A stretch of 64,000 bases of DNA, taken from positions 124,001-188,000 of the forward strand of contig BROI01000031.1 of the NCBI GenBank assembly GCA_027923505.1, given 5' to 3'. A program made the translations under genes and the position numbers. Positions 47,435 through 60,026 of the stretch are shown piece by piece. Below the pieces are notes generated by a model. That model was not told where the DNA came from and did no database searches. It worked only from the letters and a program-made list of their open reading frames with translations. Position 1 is the first letter of the stretch. Every line of letters begins with the position of its first letter. Source of the stretch: Mayamaea pseudoterrestris. Lineage: Eukaryota.

Positions 47435-50407
47435 ATGGCGACTACATCCAACGACGACAACGCCTTTCAATCGGCCCTGGACGAGGCGCAGCAGCTCATG
47501 GACGACATTGACATTCACACGGATGGTGGCGTCGCCGCAAGCTTCACCATTGACGACGATGACGACTATGAAGTGGATGACGACGACGACATGGCGGCAG
47601 CAGATTCAAGCACTACCGGCATTCATCCATTGGCGGCGGCGGCTGCTGCTACTACTGCTACTGAAACTACTATGCACGACAATGGCAGCAATGGCCAGAA
47701 GTTACCCGACGATCCGCTCTCCCTGCTTGCTTCCCAGCCACCGCTCCGCGTTGACACGACATCAGCAAACCTTTACTACACTCCCGCTGCACCAAGTACG
47801 TCTCCCTACTCGTCATCATCATTTAGCAACACCATGGAACTGCAGCAGCAACCACCAGCCTCCCAGCTGCTCAAGCAGCAGGCGCAAAAGTTTGGCAGCG
47901 ACGCCCAGCGCATGGCAGCTTCAATGTTTCACTTGGCGCAGCAGGCGGCGAGCAACATGGCATCGTCACAGGATAATGTTATGATGCATAATAACATGCA
48001 GATGAATACGCAAATGCAAATGCAGCAGCAAATGCAGTTGCAGCAGCAGCAATCATCAAATATAAACACATCTGCTTCCTCCACGCCACCCGAACTGGAC
48101 AAGGAGCAAAAGCTCGAGTTGTTGAAACATGTCGTCGACTTGCTCGAGGGTGAGCAGGTCATTATGTTTCTGAACCATTTGCTGCACGTGAGCGACTCGA
48201 GCGGTCAGTCGTACTACTATCATCCGCATCCGAGTGCAATGGGAATGCAGCAGCAGGTGATTGGCTGCGCCATGACATTTTATCGCGTCATTATATTTGG
48301 TTACGATGAGCAGCAGCAGCTACCAACGAACTCAAGCAGTGGCGCAAGTGACTCTGTTAAAGGCGACGCGACTAGCAACAGTAGTGCCACAATCGTTCCA
48401 TTATTGACTCGACAAGAGCCAGCATTACCACCAGCCGACTGGAATTTCTCGTGCTGGCCCAAGGCTCCCACCAAACTCTTGATGCAGATTCCGCTCTCGA
48501 GCTTGGAGCGCGTGGAAAGAAGTGTCTTTTCGACGAGCAGCAACACAAACATGGGCTCGCCGTCGTCTGGCAATAATAGTAGTAGCAACAGCCATCTACC
48601 ACCCAGCAGCAGCAGCATGATGGGACACGTCTTGACCGGCAAGGACAATCAGCGCGTGCTTCGCATCACCACGGCAAGTTACCAAGACACAACACGGGCG
48701 CACCAGGCGCTGCAAACCTATGCCTTTCCGGGACGACGCAACTTGGGCTACTTGTTTGCCTTTGAGAGTCGACGACTGGAAGTCATGAAGAGTCTGCAGC
48801 AGCAGCCGGCGGCAGTGACGGATCCAACGACACCAACTGGTCAGCAGCAACAGCCACTGGCTCAGTCACCGAGTCCATCCACTACTCCAATTGTGACATG
48901 CGAGCCGACGCGAGCTAGATTCACCATGTCCGAGTTCCAGCGACAACTAGCTCCCGGCAAGCATCCCTGGATGGTGTATCCCACGCTGAACCACCAGTAC
49001 CAGCTGTGCGCATCATATCCTGGCTTGCTACTGGCGGGTCCAGCGTCACTCAATCCGGAAACCAATCTGCAGGCGCGCAATCTACTGATGCAGTGCGCCG
49101 CCTTTCGGAGTGAGCATCGCTTGCCCGTGCTAACGTGGAGCAGCGGCATTGACGGTGCCAGTTTGTGGCGCGCCTCGCAGCCAAAGGTTGGTTTCCAGGG
49201 CAATCGCAGTCCGGCCGATGAGTTGCTGCTGAAGCATGTGCTGGAGGCAGCCGCGAGTGCCAATGCGCTGCAGCATGCGCCTGGATCCATTCCGTTGCTG
49301 AATGTTGCGCAAATGCAGGCACTGACCGGCAATAACATTTCGTTGGAAACAGGGTCTGGTCAACCCTGCCTCAAGATTATGGATTTGCGGCCAAAAAGTG
49401 CGGCCATGGCGAATCGCACCGGCGGATATGGATACGAGAGTGTTTCCAATTATCCTGGAGCGACGATTCAGTTTTGTGGCATTGACAATATTCACAAGGT
49501 GCGCGACGCGTATCACAAGCTGAGCGCCGTGTGCACAAGTCCAACGACGACAGACTTGAACTGGAACTCTCTCGTCGAAGATACCAAGTGGCCGTCCATG
49601 GTGCGACTCTTGCTAGCGGCGGCCTGGGAGTCTGCTTTTTGGATCCAGGTGTATCGGTATCCAGTCTTGTTGCACTGCTCGCATGGATGGGATCGGACAA
49701 GCCAGGTGGCAGCGCTTGCGCAGTTGATGCTGGATCCATTCTATCGAACGCGCGAAGGCTTTTCGACGTTGGTGGAGAAGGATTTTATGAGTTTCGGTCA
49801 TCCGTTTCATACGCGATGCGCTCATGGCGAAGGGCGTGGCGACTCGGGCGGACCGAATGGCACGAGCGTACCGGCGGTTGATGAAGGTCAAATTTCGCCC
49901 ATTTTCATTCAATTTTTGGATTGTGTCTTTCAACTAGTAAATCAGTATCCGGAATGCTTCGAATTCAACACCAAGTATCTGCTGGTCATGAGTGAGCATG
50001 TCTACTCGTGCCGCTTTGGAACGTTTCTGTGCGATACGGAGCGCGAGCGCGAGCTGGTCGCTGGCATTCGACAGAGAACGCACTCGCTTTGGGACTATCT
50101 TGATGGTCGACAGGACGTTGTGAACCATAGATTCAACGCAAAGCAAGCTGGAGGTGTCATGCTCATGCCACTACCTACGCTGCTTCGCAACGTGACGATT
50201 TGGGCGGATCGCCACTGCATGCATGGACCAAAGGCTACAACTCGATGGCTTCCTTTGGGCATTGCGCCTCCAATTGCAAACGTTGCGACGGATCAGCATG
50301 GGTCTCTTGTCACTGCTCACGAGATTCAAGCGCTGATACTTGGTTCTGTCGTAGACTGTCAATCATCTCCAAGCAGCAAGGAAGACGGAGATGCTGATTC
50401 ACCATAA
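47435..50407 (+). CDS. Myotubularin-family phosphatase (right copy, 990 aa)
   Basis: Mirror of 6118..9111 with the same HCSHGWDRT motif. Indels fall mainly in low-complexity Q/N/S/T tracts. Confidence 0.93.
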   Translation: MATTSNDDNAFQSALDEAQQLMDDIDIHTDGGVAASFTIDDDDDYEVDDDDDMAAADSSTTGIHPLAAAAAATTATETTMHDNGSNGQKLPDDPLSLLASQPPLRVDTTSANLYYTPAAPSTSPYSSSSFSNTMELQQQPPASQLLKQQAQKFGSDAQRMAASMFHLAQQAASNMASSQDNVMMHNNMQMNTQMQMQQQMQLQQQQSSNINTSASSTPPELDKEQKLELLKHVVDLLEGEQVIMFLNHLLHVSDSSGQSYYYHPHPSAMGMQQQVIGCAMTFYRVIIFGYDEQQQLPTNSSSGASDSVKGDATSNSSATIVPLLTRQEPALPPADWNFSCWPKAPTKLLMQIPLSSLERVERSVFSTSSNTNMGSPSSGNNSSSNSHLPPSSSSMMGHVLTGKDNQRVLRITTASYQDTTRAHQALQTYAFPGRRNLGYLFAFESRRLEVMKSLQQQPAAVTDPTTPTGQQQQPLAQSPSPSTTPIVTCEPTRARFTMSEFQRQLAPGKHPWMVYPTLNHQYQLCASYPGLLLAGPASLNPETNLQARNLLMQCAAFRSEHRLPVLTWSSGIDGASLWRASQPKVGFQGNRSPADELLLKHVLEAAASANALQHAPGSIPLLNVAQMQALTGNNISLETGSGQPCLKIMDLRPKSAAMANRTGGYGYESVSNYPGATIQFCGIDNIHKVRDAYHKLSAVCTSPTTTDLNWNSLVEDTKWPSMVRLLLAAAWESAFWIQVYRYPVLLHCSHGWDRTSQVAALAQLMLDPFYRTREGFSTLVEKDFMSFGHPFHTRCAHGEGRGDSGGPNGTSVPAVDEGQISPIFIQFLDCVFQLVNQYPECFEFNTKYLLVMSEHVYSCRFGTFLCDTERERELVAGIRQRTHSLWDYLDGRQDVVNHRFNAKQAGGVMLMPLPTLLRNVTIWADRHCMHGPKATTRWLPLGIAPPIANVATDQHGSLVTAHEIQALILGSVVDCQSSPSSKEDGDADSP

Positions 50408-50809
50408 AAGCATGATAGATAGAAATGCATTGCTTTAGACGAATGACAACTTGGTTGACTGATATTATGTAGATAGTATGGCTCCTGCTCAAGGCGAAAT
50501 AAAGACCTGCACCGTCGCTGGTGCCAGTAAGTTTCGCTGATGCATCCTTGCAAAATAAGCTTGTATGCGAACACATTGTATTGTAAATAGGACGGTGCCA
50601 CTGCCTTCAGGAATGTAGTTTTGTTTATTACAGCCAACTGTTGCTGCGCGATAGCTGACGTCGTACTGGTACTTTTGCGACACGATGCGAGGATGCTCCT
50701 CCACAGATCGAAACGGATGAGATGACAGCGACATTCGTCACAACCTTTCTTTCTAAGATTGATGACATTTTGATACCAATTTACACAACTATCTATCAAC
50801 CATTGCATC

Positions 50810-52647
50810 ATGAGCGATGCTGCTCAAATCCAGCTTCAGCGTGGAGACTATGTCTTGCTGACGGCTGGAGAGCACGACGGAAAATATGGGTACATGTTGG
50901 ATTGGGCTTGTGATTATGATTCTCAGCAAACGGCACGGCATCGCGTCGTCATTGACGAGATATTTTCCTATAGTAGCTCGCCGATACGAAAGAGGAAGCC
51001 TCTTGTTGTTAAGAAGCAGGGTAAAGACTTAGAGTTGATTCGCACGATGATGACTTCTATTCGCCTGAGCATTTGCGATTTTGTTGCTACAAAATTTCCC
51101 TGTCATGGATTTGCTACATCGAAAAAACCTCTTAAACTGGATTTGGAAACGCCGTACGGCAAGATGAATCGTCCTTCCATTAAAGAGCTTCCAGGAATAC
51201 AAAGGGAAGATTCTGTCTTCATAGATACAGCAAGTGAATCGCTGTACAGAGACATATTCCATGGTACCAATCTAGTGGTTGAATGGATGCATGTCTTCCC
51301 CGACGATCTTACTCTCGAAGCATGCTCGCCCTTGTTTGTCGCGACACTGTTTGAGAAGCAAGCGGACGGTAATCTTGTAGAAGTGGGACTCGTCACCTTT
51401 TGTCCAGAGGTCGATAAGAGAAGCAAAGCACTAAGTCACGAAATCAGCGACGATCTTTCGGACCCCCGTTTTCAAAAGCTCACACCAAGTCAAAATCGTG
51501 CTCTGGTTGCGCGAGTGTTTCACATGATCTGTCGACTGAGCGGCCACGAGCTTGGAATCAGCACTTTTCGCTATGTGACCAGCTATCTGAACGAACTTTA
51601 CTTGGGACGAGAATGTATGGAGGAGTCGCTGGATCTTGCAGTCATCTTGGCAGACATGGATTCACAAACTAGATCGAAACGATGCTTGGCCATACAGCTG
51701 ACAAGAGTCGCTACGTGCATGGAGGCGTGCTCCATGTTCCATGAGGCTGCTTTACTGTATGGGCAAGTTGCTGACTTTTACAAGGCCGAGAAACGCAAAG
51801 ATGATCCCGTTAGTCTCAAGTTTGAAAAGTCTCTTCTTCCAGAAATTTTGGACCGCGAGGTTTGCGAGCGCTGCGCTCAGGGTCGGGCGTATACGAGCGG
51901 CCGTGCTTGGGCAAACGGTGAAGGTGCGTTCGTTGCGGCATTCTCACGAATCTTTAAAAGCTTACCTTTGAATGATGCTATTAATGAACCAATGCTGTGG
52001 ATAGGGATTGATTGTCTCTTAAAACTGTACCAAGGTTGGGTGAGTGATTTACCTGACGGAGCAGCTGCCGAGATTGTTAATGACGTTTGGCACCTCTTCG
52101 CTGCCGCAGTCAATATTTTTATTACCGCTGACGACAGCGAGGGGACAGCCCATAGAATTCACGAGCACTTGAATGATAGAAGGCGGATGACTAAAACTCT
52201 TCAAAAAGCTTTCATGGCAGGTTCGGTCTCGTCCTTTCGCGCCGCCGTTTGTGCGTGGAAACGACCTAATTTGGTGATTCCTATCCGCCGGATCGCATGT
52301 GACTCTGACAAGGCAATGCAAGAGGCGCGCAATACTATGTTTGATGGCTGTGACCCTCGAAAACTGGCGCTTAGCTGTGGCAATGAAAATTGTGAATCTG
52401 CTGAGCAATATGTTGAGCAACATAAGCTGTTGAAATGCACGCAGTGTCGCAGCATCCAATATTGGTGAGTACTAAATGGCGCAATAAAAATATCATGGTG
52501 GGCGACGTATAACATCTCAAATTCGCATTCACACTTATTACCAGTTCGAGGACATGCCAGAAGGCCGATTGGAAGATGCACAAGGCTTATTGCAAGCGGA
52601 TCGCTGCCAAGTTGGCCGAAACCAAATCTACTATCGGTGAAAAATAG
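50810..52647 (+). CDS. MYND zinc finger protein (right copy), exons 50810-52464, 52545-52647
   Basis: ...KCTQCRSIQYC|SRTCQKADWKMHKAYCKRIAAKLAETKSTIGEK*. Confidence 0.8.
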
Positions 52648-53031
52648 TTATTCTTCTTTTTTGTCTCGTGCCTGCCCCTTTTCGCCACATAAAAATGCCA
52701 CAAATTGCTACTGCACCTCTTGCCAATTTTTCTGCTGACAGTACGTTGTCCTACTCATTGCCGTTCCACTGACAGCTTTGCGACGCCCATGCGAAGTCGC
52801 CCTGAATAGGTTACTAATTTACAACTAATGTGTAGATTTAACGCCGATCGCATAATTCACTTGTGTGTATGGATTCAAGCTTATTTAGGCCAAGCTTAGC
52901 CATAAAGATGCGTCAGATAACGTTGCATCATATGCTGTCGGCCAAATGCGTATCAAGCGTATCAGACGACAATAACAATCCATAAAATGTTTGAAAATAC
53001 TATGAAAAATAGAATACTGAGTCAATCCGCG

Positions 53032-55393
53032 CTAAAGAATGCCAGGCGCATCTTGCTTGGCAATCTCCACTAGCTTTGTGAGAAAATTCACTGCCAGCAC
53101 AACGCAGAGGCACCAGCCAAGCACCATGGGGCCAAATACATCATCCCATCTCGTAGGAATTCTGTTTTTGATGCGCTCACTTCTCCATAAAAATGTATTG
53201 AGAGCATAAATGCAAAAAGCTAGCGAGATGGGCAATAAGCAAAGAGCGTACCACTCGCCCCAAGTGCTTCCGGACTCGTCGCTGAATGCCAGGACCCCAG
53301 CCGCAATCGTTGAGAGGACAACCGCGTGGTGCAACCAATGTAGAAAGGTACGCTCGTTTGCAAAGAATACTTTTGGTTCAATCTTCTGTACCCCTGTGGG
53401 AGCAAGCAAGGTCTCGTTGTGGGAGCTACAAAAAGGGAAGCACCAACTGCTGCAAACACCATCTTCCTCTTCCTCGTCTCCCAAAAAGTCGTCCTCATCA
53501 TCGTAAAATTTGGCACCGTTTTGGTTGTCATGCAGCAAAGGAGCCCGTTCGCCGACCAAACCCGAAGCCGATGCCCTATCGGCAGCCGTGCGACCAACGG
53601 CAATAAGACTTCGATCATTGACCGTCGAACCGAACGGCAACAAGTGACTGTAGACTTCATTGGCACCAGCTCCGACGCCGACACTTTCATCCGCCAAAAT
53701 GCGCTGTCCCTCCGAGTCAATGATGGACTGGCGCAAACTCACATCATCCACCCAGTATGGCACTGCCTGCACATCCTCCGGCAGCAAAACGGCGCAGCCA
53801 TGAACATACTTGGAATACTTGTGACACTCGTAAAGGAGTCCCGAATTTTGCAGATCCGTCACCCACTTGGGAGGCACCATCGTATCACCCTTGAGCTCCA
53901 GCTTGATCTCCAAAACGGCATGCGGAAAGCGATGAATCTCATTCTTCTCCAGTACCCATTCTGGATCGCGATGCCAAACCTTCATGTCCTGCAAGTCATA
54001 GCCTCGTTCCGAAATCATGCAAAGGTTCGTATCCAGCGAGACGCGCACGGTAGCATCGAACGGAATCTGAAACGCCGTGCGCATGCACTGCGTCCGCATG
54101 GTGGGAACCAGTTGCTTGGAGACGCAGACTTGGGTAATTTCGCGAACAAGCGTCTCCCACTCGTCAGCTTCCTTTTGCGACTTGCCCTTGGCAAGCATTT
54201 CCTTCTTCTTTTGTGCAATCGGATATGTGTTTGTCAAGACTTGGTGGACTTCCGATTCCTTGATCTGCGCGAAACGACGACGGAACGAATGGTCGAATTG
54301 TTAGCGCCCATACTCAAGCTTCCACAATATAACTCATAAGAATAATGATCTTGCACTCACCATGAAGCGCTCCTTGACCGAAACCTCACCCGTCCAACTA
54401 TCATTATGCGTCTTGCGCTCAACAAAAACGACGTCCGGATCACCCGGTCCATACCAACGCAACCTCAAAGCAATCGCTCCCGGCAACTTTTCCAATCGCC
54501 CATGATACAACTCCAACTGATCATTATCAACATAAACACTATTCGTAAACTGACTATCCGACTCCCCCGTCGACGTTTTCTGCAAAAACACTGGCAAGTG
54601 CCTTAGCACGGCGTACTTGACGCGCGAAACGTCCTCCGTCTTGACCCAGTACTTGCTCGTGCTGCGGCTAAAGGACTGCGTCGCTTGGTCGGCTTCCTGC
54701 GCCACATGATCCTCGCGGCAGGTGGCGTAAATGTTGGACAGTCGCACGACAATGTCCGAGTAGTCGCCCCGCACCCAGGCTTGCGCGTGCAAGCGATTGA
54801 CGTAGAAAGCCTTGCAGGCCAAGTTGGGAAGGTTCTTGTCGTGCTTTTTGAGAATTTTGTGAAAGCCCATGAAATTGATATTGACATACATTTCGAGCCG
54901 CAAAAAGTCATTGGCAATTTCATCCGCCGCCACTAAAACCTGCGCCGGCTGGAATCGCTTGGCATCGTTGATTTTGAGTTCCGTTTCGGAAATCTTGTTC
55001 CGCAGCTCCGTGACCTTTTCCAAAGTAAACGTTTCCACCTTGATCATTTCCGACTCTAATAGGCGCAGAAAGTGTTCCTCCGTCACGTCCACGTGCGACG
55101 TGTCGAGGCCCTGCGCGTTGGTTTGCGGAGGCGCCGTCATGCTCACGACGCGATTGTTCTCAATGGCGCTAAATGATAATGATGAAAAGGGAGAGAACAG
55201 GAGGAGAATGAATTAGACATTAATATCATCCACTCATTTAATGCATTAACCGTACCACATCAAACGAAACATACCTCGACGGCTTGACCTTTGCCAGTTG
55301 CGAAATGGTTTGATCGAGCGTCTCGTACTGCAAGTAAACATCGGGTCCGTACTCGGGCGCAATGTTCGCCTTTAAATGTTCTCCGTACTTCAT
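53032..55393 (-). CDS. VTC4: VTC4-like polyphosphate polymerase (right copy), exons 55393-55275, 55168-54361, 54264-53032
   Basis: Exon lengths are identical to the left copy and the protein is nearly identical. Confidence 0.9.
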
Positions 55394-56053
55394 CTCTTTT
55401 GCAATTAGTTGGAAAGAATGTACTGTTTCAATTTGCAAAAAGAAGCTGCCTTTTGATCCTGCGGCAGAAACAGCTCGATCAAGATTCTCGTGGTGCGCTG
55501 CCTCCGCACTTCCAAAAGCGCGCGCCAGCGCGGTCGAATCTCGCCGAATCTTATTTTGAACGAGAGAGTTAGAGATCGAGATATCACTAGCTTGAACCCT
55601 AAAACTAACACCATTGCTACGAAACGTGACTGCTGTTCACGAATGCGGCCCAAGACGCTTCCCGTGAGCCGTGGCTGTTTTCCCAAACCTATGTTTACTC
55701 ACAACAATGACCCAAGATACTGCATCATTAACACTGCGGCGAACAACATCCAGCATAATCCCGCTAGCTGTTGAAGCCATGAGACATTCTACGATCACGC
55801 AAAGCCTACTTCAGGATTATTTGGGTAGACTTTCGACTCACAAACCGCGCGGAATTGCTCAGGCCCAGACACATTGCGGGACCGCTTGCGGCAAGTCATT
55901 CTTAGTAGCACTATTTTTTGTTGGTGTCATTCAACCACAAACGCAATTCATGCGAAGCGACAGCCCGCTGTGATCAACCTTCACGCCATACAAGCAAGTC
56001 AAGCTTCCACCATCATTTTCAGCGTGACCACACTGGACCACGACAAGGCTAGA

Positions 56054-59000
56054 ATGACACACCAGCATACACTCATCCTCATTTGTTTATCAATCATCTT
56101 TCACTCAACGCAAGCATGCGGCAATAGTCCAAACCAGCGAGTCCTCATTCAAGTCGACGCGACGAAACAGTCCCTCCGCTGCCGCAAAGTTCAACAAAAT
56201 CCCAGGCAGCTTTGCTCACTTTTCGATTTAAGATCCGGTAAACGCCTCCGCCAGATTTGTCGAGACCAATGTCGACGCAAGTGTCAAGCGAGTATTGATA
56301 CTACTGCAGATATTGTTGGCCAAGCGCGCGCGTTGCTGCCACCCATTCCGCCAGGTCCTTATATTACGACAACGAGCAACTCTAAGGTTGTTTCACTGCC
56401 CGATCCACCGACGCCAAGACTCGTGCAAAACACGGCGCGCACCAACTGCCCGCATTTGCAGACTGGCTTAAAGAGTTGGCATGATGCCAGCATTTGGCCA
56501 AACGCCACCATCCCCAAGGCGGGGGCGTACGTGACGCTGCCAATCAACACCAAGGTGGTCGTTTTGCAAAAGGTGGTTGAGAAACTGGGCATTATTACGG
56601 TTCCTGCCTCGAGTGAGTTGATCATTGGAGAGAATCTTAACGGAATTAGCTTGATGGCCAAGGGCATGACTGTCAAGGGCAAGCTTACCATTGGTAGCGA
56701 AACCTGTCGGATTGAAACACCAGTAACAATTACACTTTGGGGCAAGCGACCAACTAACGCGGTGCAAGTAGTGCCGAGTCCTTCCGTCAAGGGCATTTAC
56801 GTGACTGGCACGCTCAGTTTGCATGGCAAGCGCTACTTTTCCACCTGGTCGCGTCTCGCCAAGACGATTCAAGCGGGCGAAAGCGTTTTGCTGTTGCAGC
56901 GGCCCGTCAACTGGGAGCGAAATCAAAAGGTAATTTTGACAACGAGTATCATTTACGACTCTCGCTCCTACCATCAGAATGAAATTGTGACGGTGGATCG
57001 ACTTGCAACAACTCCTCCGACTGGCGTTGGCGCAGTGGTGTATCTGCAGCGGCCAGTCCAATACAAGCATACCGCCAATCGGTATTACCAAGTCGAAGCA
57101 GGTTTGATTACGCGCACCATAAAGATTCAAGGTGCTTCGACCGACTCGGAGCCGACCGATTTGGACCCGCTCAATTGCCGTACAAGCGGCTACGACCCGT
57201 GGAGCTTTTACTACAACATGACTGCGCCATGCATGGGTCGGCAACAAACTGGCTACGGTGGGCATGTCATGGTGACCGGCACTGGCACTGCGCAAGTTGA
57301 AGGCATTCAATTGTATCGCATGGGACAAACCAACGTTTTGGGCCGTTATCCGATGCATTTCCATTTGCTCGGCGACTGCCCGTCCTGCTATTTTCGCGAC
57401 TCTTCCATCCAGCGATCCTTTTACCGCTGCATTTCCGTGCATGGTACCAACAAGGCGACAGTCTCGGAAAATGTAGCCTTTGACGTTACCGGATATTGCT
57501 ATTATTTGGAAGATGGCGTGGAAGAGGACAACACCCTTTCCTTCAACCTCGCGGCGCACATTCACACCATTGGTCCGGACCTTCCGACGGGTCCCAGTCA
57601 GCGCACAAGTGACTATGACCAGACGGCAGCAGTTGGTGTAGAGCTGACAAACCCAGCAGACGTGGCGGCATCTGGCTTTTACATACCCAACGTGCACAAC
57701 AACATTATCGGCAACGCAGCTTCGGGTGGTTGGGCTGGATTCGCCTTTCCCGTACTTGACACGCCGCTTGGTCTGCACAAAAAGGTCATGCTGCGTCCAG
57801 GAAGCGCCAACGGACTAACCATTGACGGCAACACGGCACATTCGACTGGCTTCTGGTGGAAACATGCCGCAGGATTTTATTTGGGCGGTACATTTTACTA
57901 TAAGTCTGATGGCAATCTGCGTTATTCCGCAGGCCGTGTCGACTTTGGCCGCGGCGCTCGAATGCCTTGTGCCATTTACAACGACTGCGTTGGAGGCAGC
58001 TGCAAGTGCAGGGAAGAGAATGATCGACCAATCAACATTACAAACACCAAGACGTTTCTCACTGCTGGTGTTGGCCTCAACTCATGGAGCGGCATGCTAA
58101 ACGTCAAAGGCTTTGAAGCGCATGACCAGCGGCTGGCGATTGAAGCACTCTCCAAGGGTTTCTGGCTTGACAACTTTTACGCAGCGTGCCGCACTGGCCA
58201 AGATCTTGGCATTCCATCGCCAGGATCCGCAGGTAACTTGGAAGGAAGTGGCTTCAACTGGTACGACACCACCCAGAGTCACATTATCTCCAACGCCGTC
58301 TTTGAGAATTGTGGATATCGATCCACCGACTACGACCAATATGACACTTCATCCACGCGTGGCTGCGGCGACAGCTCCGACATTGCCAAGGGATGCAGCG
58401 ACACATCCACCACCTTTGGCTTTGTCACTCACTCGGATAGCAACATTCCAGAAGTGATGCAGGCAACCAAGGGGCTCACGTTCACCGACTGCGGTCGGCG
58501 GTTTCGATACACGGTCAATGATCACGACACGGTCAGCGGTCGCTGCCAAAATTGGATTGACGTTGATGGATCAGCGTCGGGCTTGAATGAGCCAGCGTTC
58601 ATTGCGTCGGGTCTTGACAGTGTCAAGGATTGGTGGGGCGTTGATGATGATGTTGTGTTTGACGAGCAAGGTCCAGTCAGCTTTATCAAAAAGAACAATG
58701 GACCGGATCGAGGTTTAGCCAGTGTTCGATTCTCGTGGGACGAAGCGTTGCATGCTGGGACTGACGTTGACTACTGCTTCAATGGCGATCCTGGACCTTG
58801 TCCTATACAAGGATACCTTCGCCATTTGGGATACAAGTTTAGTCCATCTCAATCGGGCGCTGGTCCAGGCATGCCGGTCACGGCCAATCCGGATACAACC
58901 GGCATGGTCGGAGGCTACGGCTGGGTCTTGAAACTGAACGGCGGAGCCCCTCGCGACTTGAACATGACAGAAATTGAGGTTGCTCCAAACAACATGCTGT

Positions 59001-59509
59001 TGCTGAGCATTGCCTATCCAGTCGGCACAGTATTCACAGTGACAGCCAACGCCGAGAGCTGGTGCAAACCTCGCGACGGCTCCATCTCCTGCCGCGAAGT
59101 CATGTCGGCCGTCAACTCGGTCGACCTTGTCCGCAACGGTGACGGCAATACGTACTACGTTGACGCGAACGGCGTCTTGACGATGCGACTCTTCGTCACT
59201 CGCACCTGGACGGGAGATCCAAACTGGCTGGGCGTGCCGTCGTGGAACACGCTGACGCGCGACAATATCAACTACGCCGTTCCTCGCTTCGATCGCGCCA
59301 ACATTAAGCTTCTCAACTTTGGCTACGCATCCTTTCGCATTCAAGCGTCTCAATGCGGCGGAGGAAGCGGCACCTTTTGCAGTGGTTCCGTTTCCGATTA
59401 CGATCCAAACGTTTGTCCGTCGGGTTACAGGCAGGTTGCCTATGATTCATGTTGCAGTCAATCGAATCCTTCCCAGTGTGTCTTTGCCGACGGAACCACA
59501 ACGAATTGA
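56054..59509 (+). CDS. Secreted G8-domain / parallel beta-helix protein (fibrocystin-L/CEMIP-like family)
   Basis: Signal peptide MTHQHTLILICLSIIFHSTQA. G8-like 'WHDASIW...G.LTIGSETCRI...ITLWG'. Family motifs 'TWSRLAKT', 'EAGLITRTIKIQG', 'GGHVM', 'MGQTNVLGRYPMHFH', 'RCISVHGTN', 'GYCYYLEDGVEEDN'. Cys-rich C-terminus. Confidence 0.88.
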   Translation: MTHQHTLILICLSIIFHSTQACGNSPNQRVLIQVDATKQSLRCRKVQQNPRQLCSLFDLRSGKRLRQICRDQCRRKCQASIDTTADIVGQARALLPPIPPGPYITTTSNSKVVSLPDPPTPRLVQNTARTNCPHLQTGLKSWHDASIWPNATIPKAGAYVTLPINTKVVVLQKVVEKLGIITVPASSELIIGENLNGISLMAKGMTVKGKLTIGSETCRIETPVTITLWGKRPTNAVQVVPSPSVKGIYVTGTLSLHGKRYFSTWSRLAKTIQAGESVLLLQRPVNWERNQKVILTTSIIYDSRSYHQNEIVTVDRLATTPPTGVGAVVYLQRPVQYKHTANRYYQVEAGLITRTIKIQGASTDSEPTDLDPLNCRTSGYDPWSFYYNMTAPCMGRQQTGYGGHVMVTGTGTAQVEGIQLYRMGQTNVLGRYPMHFHLLGDCPSCYFRDSSIQRSFYRCISVHGTNKATVSENVAFDVTGYCYYLEDGVEEDNTLSFNLAAHIHTIGPDLPTGPSQRTSDYDQTAAVGVELTNPADVAASGFYIPNVHNNIIGNAASGGWAGFAFPVLDTPLGLHKKVMLRPGSANGLTIDGNTAHSTGFWWKHAAGFYLGGTFYYKSDGNLRYSAGRVDFGRGARMPCAIYNDCVGGSCKCREENDRPINITNTKTFLTAGVGLNSWSGMLNVKGFEAHDQRLAIEALSKGFWLDNFYAACRTGQDLGIPSPGSAGNLEGSGFNWYDTTQSHIISNAVFENCGYRSTDYDQYDTSSTRGCGDSSDIAKGCSDTSTTFGFVTHSDSNIPEVMQATKGLTFTDCGRRFRYTVNDHDTVSGRCQNWIDVDGSASGLNEPAFIASGLDSVKDWWGVDDDVVFDEQGPVSFIKKNNGPDRGLASVRFSWDEALHAGTDVDYCFNGDPGPCPIQGYLRHLGYKFSPSQSGAGPGMPVTANPDTTGMVGGYGWVLKLNGGAPRDLNMTEIEVAPNNMLLLSIAYPVGTVFTVTANAESWCKPRDGSISCREVMSAVNSVDLVRNGDGNTYYVDANGVLTMRLFVTRTWTGDPNWLGVPSWNTLTRDNINYAVPRFDRANIKLLNFGYASFRIQASQCGGGSGTFCSGSVSDYDPNVCPSGYRQVAYDSCCSQSNPSQCVFADGTTTN

Positions 59510-60026
59510 TGAAAATGTTGAGAACTGCTATATTTTATATGAGCCGACGAGATGCTATATTTTGAATGAGCCGATGAGATGCTCCAAAGCTCCCTTGTGT
59601 AAAATAGTCTTTTGTATATTAATAGCCTCTATAGTAAACCAGCTACCGCTTCGTATAAGAGTGACGATTTGAAGTAGTAGGAAGTCTGGCTGGCGTCACG
59701 AATCCAACAAGGACTGGTCGTCGGAATCGAAGGGCATGCTACGAGTCGTCGAGCTCAAATGAGCAAGCACGCTCATTGAGACTTGATGCTGGTAGAGAAA
59801 CAAAAAAGATACAATGCAACAAGTGAAGAATGGAATAGCATATAGGGCAGTTCATACTCCTGTTAAGTGCTCGCTTTACACTCGTGCAGATTGGCGCGGA
59901 CTCTCGACCGCTTCGCTTTCCGTCACGCTCGTTTGTCAAGCAAGGAATCAAGTACAATATAAAAGAGCAAGACGCGACAAGAAAGTTACAAGACTCTGCA
60001 ATTTACATATATTCGATTATCAAATC

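Larger units (their letters stand above)
32886..56504. repeat. Right arm of the inverted duplication (probably continues further; its partner runs off the window)
   Basis: Reverse-complement homology to 1..23482, with the same gene order in mirror image. Confidence 0.97.

Noticed and set aside
56468..57778. 436-aa antisense ORF, and similar antisense ORFs over VTC4, myotubularin and Clp
   Set aside because: Shadow frames of real genes with no recognisable motifs.
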